From contig NC_043020.1 of the NCBI RefSeq assembly GCF_006345805.1, positions 6,944,001 through 7,008,000 of the forward strand: 64,000 bases of DNA. Reading direction: 5' to 3'. The notes below the pieces were generated by a model. That model saw nothing but the letters and a program-made list of their open reading frames with translations, was not told where the DNA came from and did no database searches. This DNA comes from Octopus sinensis. Lineage: Eukaryota. Below are positions 51,691 through 63,532 of the stretch, piece by piece. The translations under genes were made by a program, and so were the position numbers. Position 1 is the first letter of the stretch. Each line of letters opens with the position of its first letter.

Positions 51691-52619
51691 ACCATTAATC
51701 TTGCGGTGACCTGACAGAATTGTTAGCACGCTGGTTGAAATATTTAGTGTTATTTCGCCTATCACTACATTCTAAGTTCAAATTCCACCGAGGTTGACTT
51801 TGCCTTTCATTTTTTCGGGGTCAATAAATTAAGTACCAGTGAAACATTGGGGTTGATATAATCGACTAGTTCCCCACCCTCCACCCCCCCAAAAAAAATT
51901 TCAGGCCTTGTACCTTAGTAGAAAGGATGTTATTTGATTTCTGGCAGAAATGTTAGCACACAGGGCGAAATGCTTAGCAGTATTTCATTCACGTTCTGAG
52001 TTCAAATTCTGCCAGGGGTCGACTTTGCCTTTTATCCTTTTAAGGTCGATAGATAAAGTACCAATTGAGTACTGGGGTCGATGTAATCAACTTAACTCCT
52101 CCCCCAAAATTTCAGGCCTTGTACCAAAAGTAGAAAAGGATTTTTTTTATTTTTTAAAAAAATACTTTTATTTTTCAATGGAATCTTGTGTTTTCCTTTC
52201 CTTTTATGCCAAGCGTCAAATTGAGCCCAAACACCCCAGGGTAGACCGACCATTATGGGCCCACCGAAACAGTTAAAGGGTGTCTGAAGTTAGACAGTGG
52301 CTAACTAGGAGCTGCCTGTTCTACACCTGTGTAAACTAAGCACTTTAATCAAATGTACCTCTTCACCATGGTACCAGTTTACAGCTAGGTAGATTGGGCA
52401 CACCAATGAACCGTGCCTCTTCCTTTCTCCTGCATGGTGCCTTTTTACATCCAAGTAAACTGAGAACAGCAGTGAATTGTACCTCTTCACCATGGTACCA
52501 GTTTACAGCTAGGTAGACTGGGCACCACAATGAACAATACCTCTTCATTGCATCTATTCCCATAAAACTGCTATGCCCCATTGAATTTGAAAGCTGTTTA
52601 ACAGAGACAAATCAAAATC

Positions 52620-52755
52620 CTGGTAGTGATTCAGATATAAGAGCAAAGTCATCAGCAAAAGGAGCTCCCAGGGGCAGCTCGACTAAATTCTTACGTTATT
52701 GCCTAGTGGACTATGATGAACAGGAGGGGGCTGAGGACTGACCCTTGGTGAACCA
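52620..52755 (-). mobile_element. RTE reverse-transcriptase domain fragment
   Basis: VHQGSVLSPLLFIIV, then after a frameshift CPWELLFADDFALISES (YADD-type motif). Confidence 0.8.
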
Positions 52756-52789
52756 CTACTTATACCCTGAATTCATACATATATTTTAT

Positions 52790-53150
52790 TTGTTTGAGTC
52801 ATTTGTCTGTGGCTATGCTGGAGTACCGCCTTTAGCTGAAGAAATCTACCCCAGGACATTCTTTGTAAGCCTAGTACTTATTCTATCAGTTTCTTTTGCT
52901 GAATCAAAAAGTTACAGGGACGTAAGCACACCAACACCGGTTGTCAAGTGATGAAGGGGCGACAAACACAGACACACAAACATGTACACGATGGGCTTCT
53001 TTCAGTTTCCGTCTTCCAAATCCACTCACAAGACGTTGGTTGGCTCAAGGTTATAGAAGACACTTGCCCAAGGTGTCATGCAGTGTGACTGAACCCGGAA
53101 CCATGTGGTTGGGAAGCAAGCTTCTTATCACACAGCCACGCCTGCGCCTA
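52790..53150 (-). mobile_element. SINE family A copy
   Basis: Diverged reverse-complement unit. Confidence 0.85.
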
Positions 53151-53155
53151 CATAA

Positions 53156-53189
<34 letters not shown>

Positions 53190-53194
53190 CACGT

Positions 53195-53477
53195 GATCAC
53201 ATGACCGACCAGACTATCAGATGTTGCTACACATCGCTGGTCACAATGCGTTTCGCATTGTTTTAGCCTTCAAATGACGCCACCCCGCTGGCTAAGCGAG
53301 CAGGCCAACAGAAGAAAGGGTGGTGAAAGAGTACAGCAGGGGTCGCCACCACCCCCTGCCAGAACCTCGTGGAGCTTTTAGGTGTTTTCGCTCAATGAAC
53401 ACTCACAACGCCCGGTCTGGGAATCGAAACCGCGATCCTACGACCGCGAGTCCGCTGCCCTAACCACTGGGCCATTA
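53195..53477 (-). mobile_element. tRNA-headed SINE family D (copies at 48300-48587 -, headless 2555-2855 +)
   Basis: Head atggcccagtggttagggcagcggactcgcgg...gtttcgattcccagaccgggcg, followed by a non-tRNA body shared between copies. Confidence 0.8.
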
Positions 53478-53504
53478 TATGTATATATAATGAAGTACGG
53501 AAGG

Positions 53505-53760
53505 AGCATGGCTTAGTGGTTAAGGTGTCACATTCACGATTGTGAGATCGTGGGTTCGATTCCCACACCTGTCACTGCATGGTGTTTCTGAACGAAACAC
53601 TTCATTCCACGCTGCTCTGCGATCATTTCGTCACCTGCCTAAAGACACGTCGTGCACCTGTACAGGTAAAGTCGATCTGATGGAGAGAGGGAGTTTATGT
53701 CTACACAAACATCTGATCACTATAAACAAATTATCCGTGTGGTTGTTCGGTAAGAAATTG
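53505..53760 (+). mobile_element. Another tRNA-headed SINE-like element
   Basis: TGGCTTAGTGG A box and GGTTCGATTCC B box followed by a unique body; single copy in the window. Confidence 0.55.
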
Positions 53761-54878
53761 CCAAACCCCCATACGTCGTCTAACGATGGGCTTCTTTCAG
53801 TTTCCGTCTATCAAATCCCCTAATAAGGCTTTGGTCGTCCCTTAGCAAGACACTTTCGATATCTCCTCTCTTCCAGCACAGAAGTTTTAATCACCCCAAG
53901 ATATTTTAAATTAATATTTCCTAACAACCCAAAGGGACGCAACTTCCGTTTAAATGTGCTGGAGTTAATTCCCCTTACAGAATAAATCTCTTCGCAATTA
54001 ACTGACGTGTGATGTGTTTGTTCTTTTTTAATATGTCGTGCCAGCTGAAGAATTAACATCACTGCTTGTAGTTCATCGCTTTTCAAAGAAGCACAATTAT
54101 AAACACACACACAGACACACACACACACACACGCCCAGTAAGGTTCTATTAGATACTGTTAGTCGAATTCAGTCACAAGATTTTGGTTGGCCTAGAGCTA
54201 CAATAAGGTTCCTCACTTATCATCACCGCTTAACGTCTGCTTTCCAGCACTGGCATTGGTTGGATGGTTTGACAGGAGCTGGACAGGTAGAAGGCTGCAC
54301 CAGGCTACTGTATCTGTTTTGCATGGTTTTTACGGATGGATGCCCTAGTGCTTTTTATGTGGAACCAGCACAGGCGAGGTCAGTTTTAGCAGGGTCATTA
54401 CGACTGGATGCCCTTCCTAGCACTAACCATCCTGCAGAGTGGACCAAGTGCTTTGTACGTGGCACCAGCACAGGCGAGGTCAGTTTTGGCAGGGTCTTTA
54501 CCACTGGATGCCCTTCCTAGCATTAACCATCCTGCAGACTAGACCAAGTGCTTTTTACGTGGCACCAGCACAGGTGAGGTCCATTTTGGCAACGTTTCTA
54601 CACCTGGATGCCGTTCCAAATGGCAACCACTTAACAGTGTGGACTGGGTGCTTTTTGCGTGACACCAGAATTGGCAGGGTCACCAAGTAAGTCGCAAGAC
54701 AAGGAATTATGTGAGAGGAGGGAGGGTCATTGGAGGAGGTGATGAAAGGTTATAGAGAGGCAGAAACAGGTGTCTTGCTATAGAGGAGGTTCATGGTTAC
54801 CTGGCCAGAGTAAAAATCCAAATAATGGTTGGTGCCAAGAAAGACATCAGACCTCATAATACAACCTCAATAAGTAAC

Positions 54879-55317
54879 GGATCATTTCGGTTTGAACGGC
54901 AGTTTTTTTTCGAGCGGTGTCATATGAAATTGTCACCCATAATTATGACCCCAGTATCAATCTATTGCATTTCAATTTGTTTTAGGGTTTAGGGTTAGTT
55001 AGGGTTTAGGGTTAGGGGTGGGGGAAGGGTATCTTTTTTCTTCACAAATGTAAATAAACCCAATCTGTTTCTTAAACGAGGGACATTCATACGGCACAAT
55101 GTTTTTTTTTTTTACCTCAATAGACGGTCATTGATTGGTTGAAATTGCAGAAATTGAAGAAAAAAAACAGCAAATATGTTTCAAACTACAGAGTTTTCTC
55201 AAGAAAGCCAAGAGAAAAAGATGTTTTATAAACATATTCTACCAGTATACGAAGTTTAAAATTTTTTAGTTACCTAGAAATTATTTTTAAAAACTGCCGT
55301 TCAAACCGAAAAGATCC
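54879..55317. mobile_element. Second copy of the telomere-repeat MITE, opposite orientation
   Basis: Same TIRs and colinear interior with 13022-13457 in reverse complement; (TTAGGG)-like tract at about 54982-55017. Confidence 0.88.
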
Positions 55318-55518
55318 AATAAGTCTTTTCTAATTGGTACCAATATGACAAAAAAAAAAACCAAAAACAAAAGAAAACATAAAAACAAGGAAATGAAGGC
55401 AACTTTGGACAATGCTGCCGCAGATAAAGAAATTCTGGGAAATGGTCACACCTGCTGGAACAGGATTTCACCACCACATCCCCACAACAAAAACCAGTGA
55501 AAGGCTGGAATATTAAAA

Positions 55519-56130
55519 AAGCATATCTCTAAAATTGTCAAGAAGGCCGAGGGTGTCTTGGCATCACTCAGCAAGACTTTTGTTAGCCGCTCTCCAGCCA
55601 TCTATTTAAAACTGTATACAGCTATGGTACAACCACACTTGGAATTCGCATCATCAGTTTGGAACCCCTATCTTGCTCAGAACATTGACCTCCTGGAATC
55701 TGTCCAGAGACGTGCAACCAAACGCATACCCTCCATCAGACACCTACCATATTCTGAGCGCCTTGTTTCCCTGGGCATGGATTCACTGAAGCTCTGGCGA
55801 CGGACTTGGTAAACACCCACAAAGTTATCAACCACCTCACCAACAACAACACTGAACACCTTTTTGATCTCCATGTGTCTTACACACGTGGACATGCCCA
55901 CAAAGTCAGAAAACAACACAGCTCCCATGACTTTCGGAAACATTTTTTCACGCTCAGAGTTGCTGAAGCATGGAATAAACTGCCTGCGTCAGTTGTTGAC
56001 TGCCATGACACTGCATCCTTTAAGGCCCTCATGCTTTCCGAAATCCGCCGAAACTACACCTGATTATATATACACTTTAGATGAATTGTAGTGCACCTGA
56101 GCACTGTACACAATTATTATTATTATTATT
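55519..56130 (+). mobile_element. 5'-truncated CR1-clade LINE (ORF2 C-terminus, 3' UTR, (ATT)n tail)
   Basis: LKLYTAMVQPHLEFASSVWNPY...LESVQRRATK...YSERL...TRGHAHK...RKHFFTLRVAEAWNKLP, with one frameshift; tail ends at 56130. Confidence 0.92.
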
Positions 56131-56140
56131 AAATACTCAC

Positions 56141-56238
56141 ATGTCTTCATTAACACCAACTTCAGCCAGGAGGTTCTCGTATTCTTCAGCAGCATATTTC
56201 TCCCAGTCTGTCATTTCGGGTCCATCTGTCTCTGGGTC
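56141..56238 (-). CDS. PPP2R3A/B: PP2A B'' exon: DPETDGPEMTDWEKYAAEEYENLLAEVGVNED(I)
   Basis: ttcttgcag acceptor, gtgagt donor, 98 nt. Contains the family motif DWEKYAAEEY. Missed by the ORF track. Confidence 0.95.
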
Positions 56239-56351
56239 CTGCAAGAAATGGAGGCAGAAGATTGTGGTGACTAACATTATTATCATTAAGGGGACAAGCT
56301 AGTGGAATTGTTAACCCTCAACATTGCTGGCCTTGTGCCTAAATCAGAAAC

Positions 56352-56388
<37 letters not shown>

Positions 56389-56719
56389 AACAACATGGTG
56401 AGCTGACAGAATCGCTAGCACGCTGGTATTTCGCCTGTCGCTACATTCCGAGTTCAAATTCTGCGGAGGTCAACTTTGCCTTTCATCCTTTTGTGGAGTT
56501 GATAAATTAAGTACCAGTGGAACACTGGGGGTCAGTGTAATCAACTAGTCCCCTCCTGCCAAATTTCATGCCTCGTGCCTTTAATAGAATGGATTATTAT
56601 TATTATTATTATTTTCTTTTAAGCTGGCAGAATCGTTAGCATGCTGGACAAAATGCTTCGTGGCTTTTCGTTCATCGTTATGTTCCACCAAAGAAGAGTA
56701 TTAGTGTCTGGTGGCGATT

Positions 56720-57048
56720 ATTCTTTGTAAGCCTAGAACTTATTCTATTGGTCTCTTTTGCCGAACTGGTAAGTTACAGGGATGTAAACACATCAGCATC
56801 GGTTCTCAAGCAATGTTGGGGGGACAAACACAGACACACAAACATATACACACACACACACACACCACACACACACACAAACACATATACACGACAGGCT
56901 GCTTTCAGTTTCTGTCTACCAAATCCACTCACAAGGCTTTGGTCAGCCTTCAGTAGAAGACACTTGCCCAAGGTGCCACGCAGTGGGACTAAACCTGGAA
57001 CCATGTGGTTGGTAAGCAAGCTACTTACCACACAGTCACTCCTACGCC
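56720..57048 (-). mobile_element. SINE family A copy
   Basis: Reverse-complement unit lacking the extreme 3' tail. Confidence 0.88.
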
Positions 57049-57055
57049 TATGTAC

Positions 57056-57115
<60 letters not shown>

Positions 57116-57193
57116 GTAATTGTATGCATACTTGAAAATACAGAGACAAGGAAACCAAGACGGGCACAAAACAAGAAAAAAAGCTTAACCTAC

Positions 57194-57343
57194 CCGTAAA
57201 TTTGTGAAAGGATCTCGTTGCTCGTGATCAAGGAATTTGTCCAAATTGAAGAACGTATCGTAGAAAACATCACTCATCTTGCAGGATTTGAGATCGTGGA
57301 GAGTTATTTTCTCTGGCACTTCTGGACAGACAAGATCTAGCAT
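57194..57343 (-). CDS. PPP2R3A/B: PP2A B'' exon: MLDLVCPEVPEKITLHDLKSCKMSDVFYDTFFNLDKFLDHEQRDPFTNLR
   Basis: cag acceptor, gtaggt donor, 150 nt, phase 0/0. Matches the family motif MLDLVxP...ITLxDLK.C....FxDTFFN.xKYLDHEQ. Confidence 0.96.
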
Positions 57344-57443
57344 CTGAAGGTTACAAAGAAAAACGCAAATAAAACTGGCTGTTAAGGGAGACAACTTATC
57401 AAAGTAATTATTGGGGAAAAAAATTCATTTTTTTTTTTGTAGT

Positions 57444-57485
<42 letters not shown>

Positions 57486-57574
57486 GATATTAGAGCTGGT
57501 TGAATTGACTTGAGTTGCAGTATATTACTGGTATCTGTAATAACAATACCTGGTGAGGTAGAAAGTCAATATTT

Positions 57575-57860
57575 ATTCTTTGGAAGCCTAGTACTTACTC
57601 TATCGGTCTCTTTTGCCGAACCGCAAGTTATGGGGACGTAAACACACCACCATCAGTTGTCAAGCGATGTTGGGGGGATAAACAGACACACAAACATACA
57701 TATGACGGGCTTCTTTCAGTTTCCGTCTACCAAATCCACTCACATGGCTTTGGTCGACCCAAGGCTATAGTAGAAGACACTTGCCCAAGGTGTCACACAG
57801 TAGGAATGAACCCGGAACCATGATGTTGGTAAGCAAGCTACTTACCACACAGCCACTCAT
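57575..57860 (-). mobile_element. SINE family A copy
   Basis: Reverse-complement unit, partial. Confidence 0.88.
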
Positions 57861-57869
57861 ATATATATA

Positions 57870-58280
57870 TTTACGTGCCAGTGGACATAAGCACTTTTGA
57901 AGCTTTGGGCCTGACGGAGGCAATGTAACTAAGGCCGACGTCGCATAACTGGCACATAAAGAGCACCTTATGAACATTGGGCCTCACGGATGCAATGACA
58001 AATGACCCATGACCTTTGGTAATATGCTGTGCTCCAGAAGAAGACCCATGAAGCCTAATGAAATAGTAGTCATGGCAGATACTGGTGTCACGCAACTGGC
58101 ACCCATGCCAGTGGCACGTTAAAAGCACCTATTACATTCTCGGAGTGGTGGGCATTAGGAAAGACATCCAGCAGTAGGAACCATGCTAAATCAGACTGGA
58201 GTCTGATGCAGCCCCTCAGCTTACCAGCCCTGGTCAAACCATTCAACATAAGCCAACATGGACAACAGACGCTAGATGAT
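57870..58280 (+). mobile_element. RTE-related 3' UTR repeat (further copies at about 8630-8675, 10165-10354, 46870-47075, 49400-49740, 54220-54700, 59960-60140, 60320-60500)
   Basis: Shared core tggcacgtaaaagcaccc...gttggcattaggaagggcatccagc...ccaacccatgctagcatggaa...tgatgatg, matching the UTR of 40580-41085. Confidence 0.65.
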
Positions 58281-58454
58281 GATGAAGATGAAGATGATGA
58301 TGGAGATGAAGAAGATGATGATGAAGATGATGATGAAGATGATGATGAAGATGATGATGAAGATGATGATGATGAACATGATGATGATGAAGATGATGAA
58401 GATGAAGATGATGATGAAGATGAAGCAGATGAAGATGAAGAGGATGATGATGAT

Positions 58455-58495
<41 letters not shown>
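58275..58495. repeat. (GAT/GAA)n tract followed by (TG)n
   Basis: Direct reading; it extends the tail of the RTE-related repeat. Confidence 0.93.
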
Positions 58496-58496
<1 letters not shown>

Positions 58497-58847
58497 ATAA
58501 AAATGGCGAATGGCTGCTGAGGTGCCAGAGAAACAAGTTTGTACGTCTGGAGCCAACCATTTTCGAAAGTTCAGTTCGTTGCGAAACAACAGGATTAAAG
58601 GGAGATTACTCTCACCCAAACTGTAAACTTCAGTTATCCCTCGCCACATCGCGGTTTATGATTTAAGCTGACGTCGGTTCCTCTGTTTTGTTGTTTTGCA
58701 TTTATAATAAAATAAATATAGGCAAATAATAAAAATTGTAAAAATATATATATATATACGGTACAGTACTAATTCACCTATTGCGGGGGTTTTGGAACGT
58801 AACACCCGCGATAGTCGAGGGATTGAGTGTGTGTGTGTGTGTGAGTG

Positions 58848-58880
<33 letters not shown>

Positions 58881-58887
<7 letters not shown>

Positions 58888-59255
58888 TGTGTGGTAAGTA
58901 GCTTGCTTACCAACCACATGGTTCTGGGTTCAGTCCCACTGCGTGGCATCTTGGGCAAGTGTCTTCTACTAATGCCTCAGGCCGACCAAAGCCTTGTGAG
59001 TGGATTTGGTAGACGGAAACTGAAAGAAGCCTGTCGTATATATGTATATATATATATGTGTGTGTGTGTGTGTATATGATTGTGTCTGTTTGTCCCTCTA
59101 GCATTGCTTGACAACCGATGCTGGTGTGTTTACGTCCCCGTTACTTAGTGGTTCGGCAAAAAAGAGACCGATAGAATAAGTACTGGGGTCGATTTGCTCG
59201 ACTAAAAGCGGTGCTCCAGCATGGCCACAGTCAGATGACTGAAACAAGTAAAGGA
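58881..59255 (+). mobile_element. SINE family A copy
   Basis: Colinear with the consensus. Confidence 0.9.
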
Positions 59256-59366
59256 GAGTAAAGAGAGAGAGAGAGAGCATGTGTATGAAAGCGAGTATGT
59301 GCATGTATGAGTGTGTGTGTATGTGTGTGGGATCGTAACATGGTGACAAGAAGAAGGGGTTAATAC

Positions 59367-59511
59367 TTGGCAAAGGCAGTCTTCAAATTGTAATTTCTCG
59401 ATGCCGAGGGCCTCCATTTTGTGCATCTGTTCTTCGTAGAAATACTCCATCTCGTAGATCGACAGGACACCATCGCCGTCAATGTCCATGCAACGGAACC
59501 AATACTCTATA
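59367..59511 (-). CDS. PPP2R3A/B: PP2A B'' exon with EF-hand: IEYWFRCMDIDGDGVLSIYEMEYFYEEQMHKMEALGIEKLQFEDCLCQ
   Basis: tttccag acceptor, gtatta donor, 145 nt. Contains the canonical 12-residue EF loop DIDGDGVLSIYE and the B'' hallmark SIEYWFRCMDxDGDG. Confidence 0.97.
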
Positions 59512-60620
59512 CTGGAAATAGAAACAAGGGTCACATCAACACTGACATAATCACATTCATAATGAGAACGAAGAGGAAAGGAGAATATGTGATGTTCATG
59601 CCTTCATCATCTGACACAAAAAATTACCTCCTCCATTCCCTATTCCATCCCCTCTCAAAGGATCTTCGTCTTGCAACTTACTTGGTGACCCTGCCAATGC
59701 TGATGCTAGATAAGCACCCAGTCCACACTATGAAGTGGTTGGCATTTGGAAGGGCATCCAGCTGTAAGAACCACACCAAAACTGACTTCTGCCAGGGTTG
59801 ACTTCGACTTTGCTTTTCATCCTTTCAGGGTCAATTATATAAGTACCAGTTACGCACTGGGGTCAATGTAATCGACTTCATCCCTTTCCCCAAATTTGAA
59901 GCCTTGAGCTTCCAGTAGAAAGGATTATTATTATTATTATTAGCACAGTGAGAAATGCAGTGTAGCTGACCACGTAAAAAGCACTCAGTCCACTCTGCTG
60001 AGTGGTTGGTGTTAGGAAGGGCATCCAGCCATAAAAACCATGACAGAACAGACACAGAAGTCTGGTGCAGGCTCCTGCCTGGCCAGCTCCTGTCAAATCG
60101 TCCAACCCATGCCAGCATGGAAGACAGACGTTAAACAACAATGATGATGCTGATTAGCTGTGTTAATGAAAGTGACTTCAATCTAGAAACAAACCCAGAA
60201 AACTAGGTCCAGCACGCTGTCCAGTTTAAAACTACCCTTGGTCTTTGGGCGCTAGGCCTAACACTCGGTGCAGTTTTACATCACCTGATTCTTGGGTGCT
60301 TGACAAACACACCTTACCAATGCTGGTGCCACGTAAAAAGCTCCCAGTTCACTCTGTAAAATGGTTGGCATTAAGAAGGGCATCCAGCCACAGAAACCAT
60401 GCAAAAAAAGACAATTGGAGGCTGGTGCCACTCTGTGACCCGCCAGCGCTTGTCAAGCCATCCAACCCATGCTAGCAGGGAAAATGGATGGTAAATGATG
60501 ATGCTGATAATTCCCTATGTTGCAAGCCTGTGGACCAGATTATTCCAGTCACCAACCCACCCCTACCTGCCTGTATATTTCTTCCTGGAAATATTCAAGT
60601 TGGTCATCAGCTGCTACCTA

Positions 60621-60658
<38 letters not shown>

Positions 60659-60739
60659 GAAAACCTGCTCCTTATCAAAGAGATGTCTAGTGTGTCCAGT
60701 GTTCATGCTTGGACGGTCAACCAAAGAAAAAGGTCTTAC

Positions 60740-60826
60740 CTAGTTGGATGTCTCTTGTCTTCTTCAGCAATGAGAAACCAGACAAATTCGGGGTAACTCA
60801 TTTTCCCCTCCTTCTGGGCCTCTCCT
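60740..60826 (-). CDS. PPP2R3A/B: PP2A B'' exon: GEAQKEGKMSYPEFVWFLIAEEDKRHPT(S)
   Basis: ttttgtag acceptor, gtaag donor, 87 nt. Matches the family motif KEGKxSYxDFVWFLxSEEDK. In frame with both neighbours. Confidence 0.96.
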
Positions 60827-60874
60827 CTACAAAACAGTAAAAAAAAAAAAAAACATTATCATCATCATCATCAC

Positions 60875-60916
<42 letters not shown>

Positions 60917-61429
60917 GGCAGCGAGCTGGCAGAATCATTAGCATGCTGGGCGAAATGCTTAGGGGTATTTCGTCTGCTGTTACATTCCGAGTTCAAATTG
61001 ACTTAATCCCTTCCCCCAAATTTGCAGCCTTGTGCTTCCAGTAGAAAGGATTATTATTAATTATTATTAGTAGTAGTAGTAGTACAGTGAGAAATGCAGT
61101 GTGGTTGACATAAGAGAGGTGACCACCTTAAGTACATGTAATTAACATCCAGCTATATTTCCCCAACCTCTAGAAATACTTGTAGCTACGGTAGAGGGAA
61201 TAACAGAGGAAAAGGTTTTAGGGGGGGCCGAGGCATAATCACTCTTCCTTTTCAGGAACAGTTGTAAAGGGACGCAAAATTTCCTCTCAACTTCCGTATC
61301 TGCTTATTAATGCTGGGGCACCATAAACACCTTTGACCCTGAGCATTGGGAAGCTTTGCTGCACTGCAAGGCCACACTGAAATATGTCAAAGGAGTTCTG
61401 TAAGTTCCTGTTTTCACACATTCCACATT

Positions 61430-61775
61430 GAAAGAACCCAAAACTTTCAGATAGGGACTGTCAGACAAAATAACTGCAGAGCCTAATGACCACCTCGAGA
61501 ACCCAGTTTTCACAAAAACTGTTCATTGGGAGCTGCACAAAGCTGGATTTCACAGGTGGGCTACAATCAGAAAAACCACTACTTTCAAAAACAAATGTTG
61601 CAAAGCATTTAGAGTGGAGTAAAAACCTACAGAATTGGTCCCTAGAGCAGTGGAAGAATGTTGTTTTCTTCGATGAGTCATCCTTTGCCTTATTTCCGAC
61701 CACCGGCCGAGTTATAGGTGTGGAGACAGCCAAAAGAAGCATTTGACCAGATTGCCTTCTTCCAACTGTTAACTT
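61430..61775 (+). mobile_element. Tc1-like transposase fragment (HTH to first catalytic D)
   Basis: KPLLSKTNVAKHLEWSKNLQNWSLEQWKNVVFFDES, with frameshifts upstream. Confidence 0.85.
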
Positions 61776-61789
61776 CTAACCCTAACCTT

Positions 61790-62040
61790 TCCTCTGCGAT
61801 GAAGGAGCTGCACAATTTGAACTCACCCGATGTGAGAAACTTCAGGAAAAGAGACATCAATGTCATCTCAGATCTTGTCTGTCTCCAGAAGTGCCGAAGC
61901 AGGGCCATCAACATAATGGGCAACTTCCCTTGTCATCTGTGGTCAAGGACATGCTATTCCAGGATTGGACTGTTTCCACATCTGTCAACTCACAAAATGT
62001 AGGATAAGTCACCGTCACCATTGACAGACATATAAGCAGA
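61790..62040 (+). mobile_element. RTE-type LINE C-terminal Cys/His fragment
   Basis: FPCHLWSRTCYSRIGLFPHLSTHKM* resembles the CxxCxRxCxSRIGLxSH tail of RTE ORFs. Confidence 0.55.
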
Positions 62041-62525
62041 AGGCAGTCTCAACATCCAGAGACATTCTCTGCAGAAGTTAATTAGGACAATGCCTAAAAC
62101 CAAAAACTGGAATGGTAAATGCAGCTACATACATGACTGTGTGGTTCAGAAGTTTGCTTCAAAGCTACACAGTTCCAGGTTCAAACCCAGAGCATGACAC
62201 CTGAGGGAAGCATTTGCCATTACAGCCTCAACTTCACCAAAACTTTGAGAGAGAAATTTAGCCCCTAGAAACTGTGTCAGAACCCATCAACAGAATCATT
62301 CTGGTTCTTACATGGAGAACTCCATGTGTTGGCTGGTTTAACACCACTACCTGGCATGTAGGTTACTTTTAACAGGGTCCACCCCTTTGCTAATATTTGA
62401 GCCCAAGCTGTTCTTTCCAGTCTCAGAGGTCCTGAACAGGATCATGGGAGCAGCCCTCTCACTCACTCCTGACTGAACCATTGAAAGAAAATTAGGAAGA
62501 TGATGATGATGATTCTGGTACTTAC

Positions 62526-62574
62526 CTCGTTACAGCACCCGAGAATATTCGATCTACGATTCTAGAAGACATGG
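62526..62574 (-). CDS. PPP2R3A/B: PP2A B'' regulatory subunit, internal coding exon (first in window): (A)MSSRIVDRIFSGAVT(R)
   Basis: Flanked by ttttccag and gtaag; 49 nt with 2 nt of split codon at each end. Peptide matches the family segment ALSTKMIDRIFSGAVTR as I recall it. Joins the next exon in frame (AG+A = Arg). Confidence 0.93.
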
Positions 62575-62689
62575 CTGGAAAAGAAAGAGAATCAGGTGTA
62601 ATTTACTATTTCTTTAGAAGACTACCTATATACCTATCTATCAATAGATAGATAAAAGGACACAGGTAAATGGATAGGGAGAGGGCGAG

Positions 62690-63190
62690 ATGGATGAGTG
62701 GGGAGACGGATGGATGGATGAGTGGGGAGACAGATGGATGGATGAGTGGGGAGACAGATGGATGGATGAGTGGGGAGACAGATGGATGGATGAGTGGGGA
62801 GACAGATGGATGGATGAGTGGGGAGACAGATGGATGGATGAGTGGGGAGACGGATGGATGGATGAGTGGGGAGACGGATGGATGAGTGGGGAGACAGATG
62901 GATGGATGAGTGGGGAGACAGATGGATGGATGAGTGGGGAGACAGATGGATGGATGAGTGGGGAGACAGATGGATGGATGAGTGGGGAGACAGATGGATG
63001 GATGAGTGGGGAGACAGATGGATGGATGAGTGGGGAGACAGATGGATGGATGAGTGGGGAGACAGATGGATGGATGAGTGGGGAGACAGATGGATGGATG
63101 AGTGGGGAGACAGATGGATGGATGAGTGGGGAGACAGATGGATGGATGAGTGGGGAGACAGATGGATGGATGAGTGGGGAGACGGATGGA
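62690..63190. repeat. 24-bp G-rich minisatellite, about 21 units
   Basis: Unit GATGGATGGATGAGTGGGGAGACA. Confidence 0.95.
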
Positions 63191-63532
63191 TGAATGGATG
63201 GATGGAGAGCTGGATGGATGGAGAGACAGATGGATAGATGGATGGAGAGACGTATGGATGAATGGGGAGATGGATGGATAAGGAGATAGACAAGGAGATG
63301 GATGGATGAACAGACAGATAAATAGAAAAATAGACAGAAAAATAAAGATAAAATAACAGACAGACTGATGGAGGAATGGTTAGCTAGATAGACGGCTGGG
63401 TGATAGATATAAGGGCAGATGTAGAGGTATAGTTGAGAAGTTTGCTTGCAATCACAGCTTTAGGTTCAGTCCCACTGCACAGCATATGGGGCCAGTATCT
63501 CCCACTAAAACTGAAAAATCCCTGTCACATTA

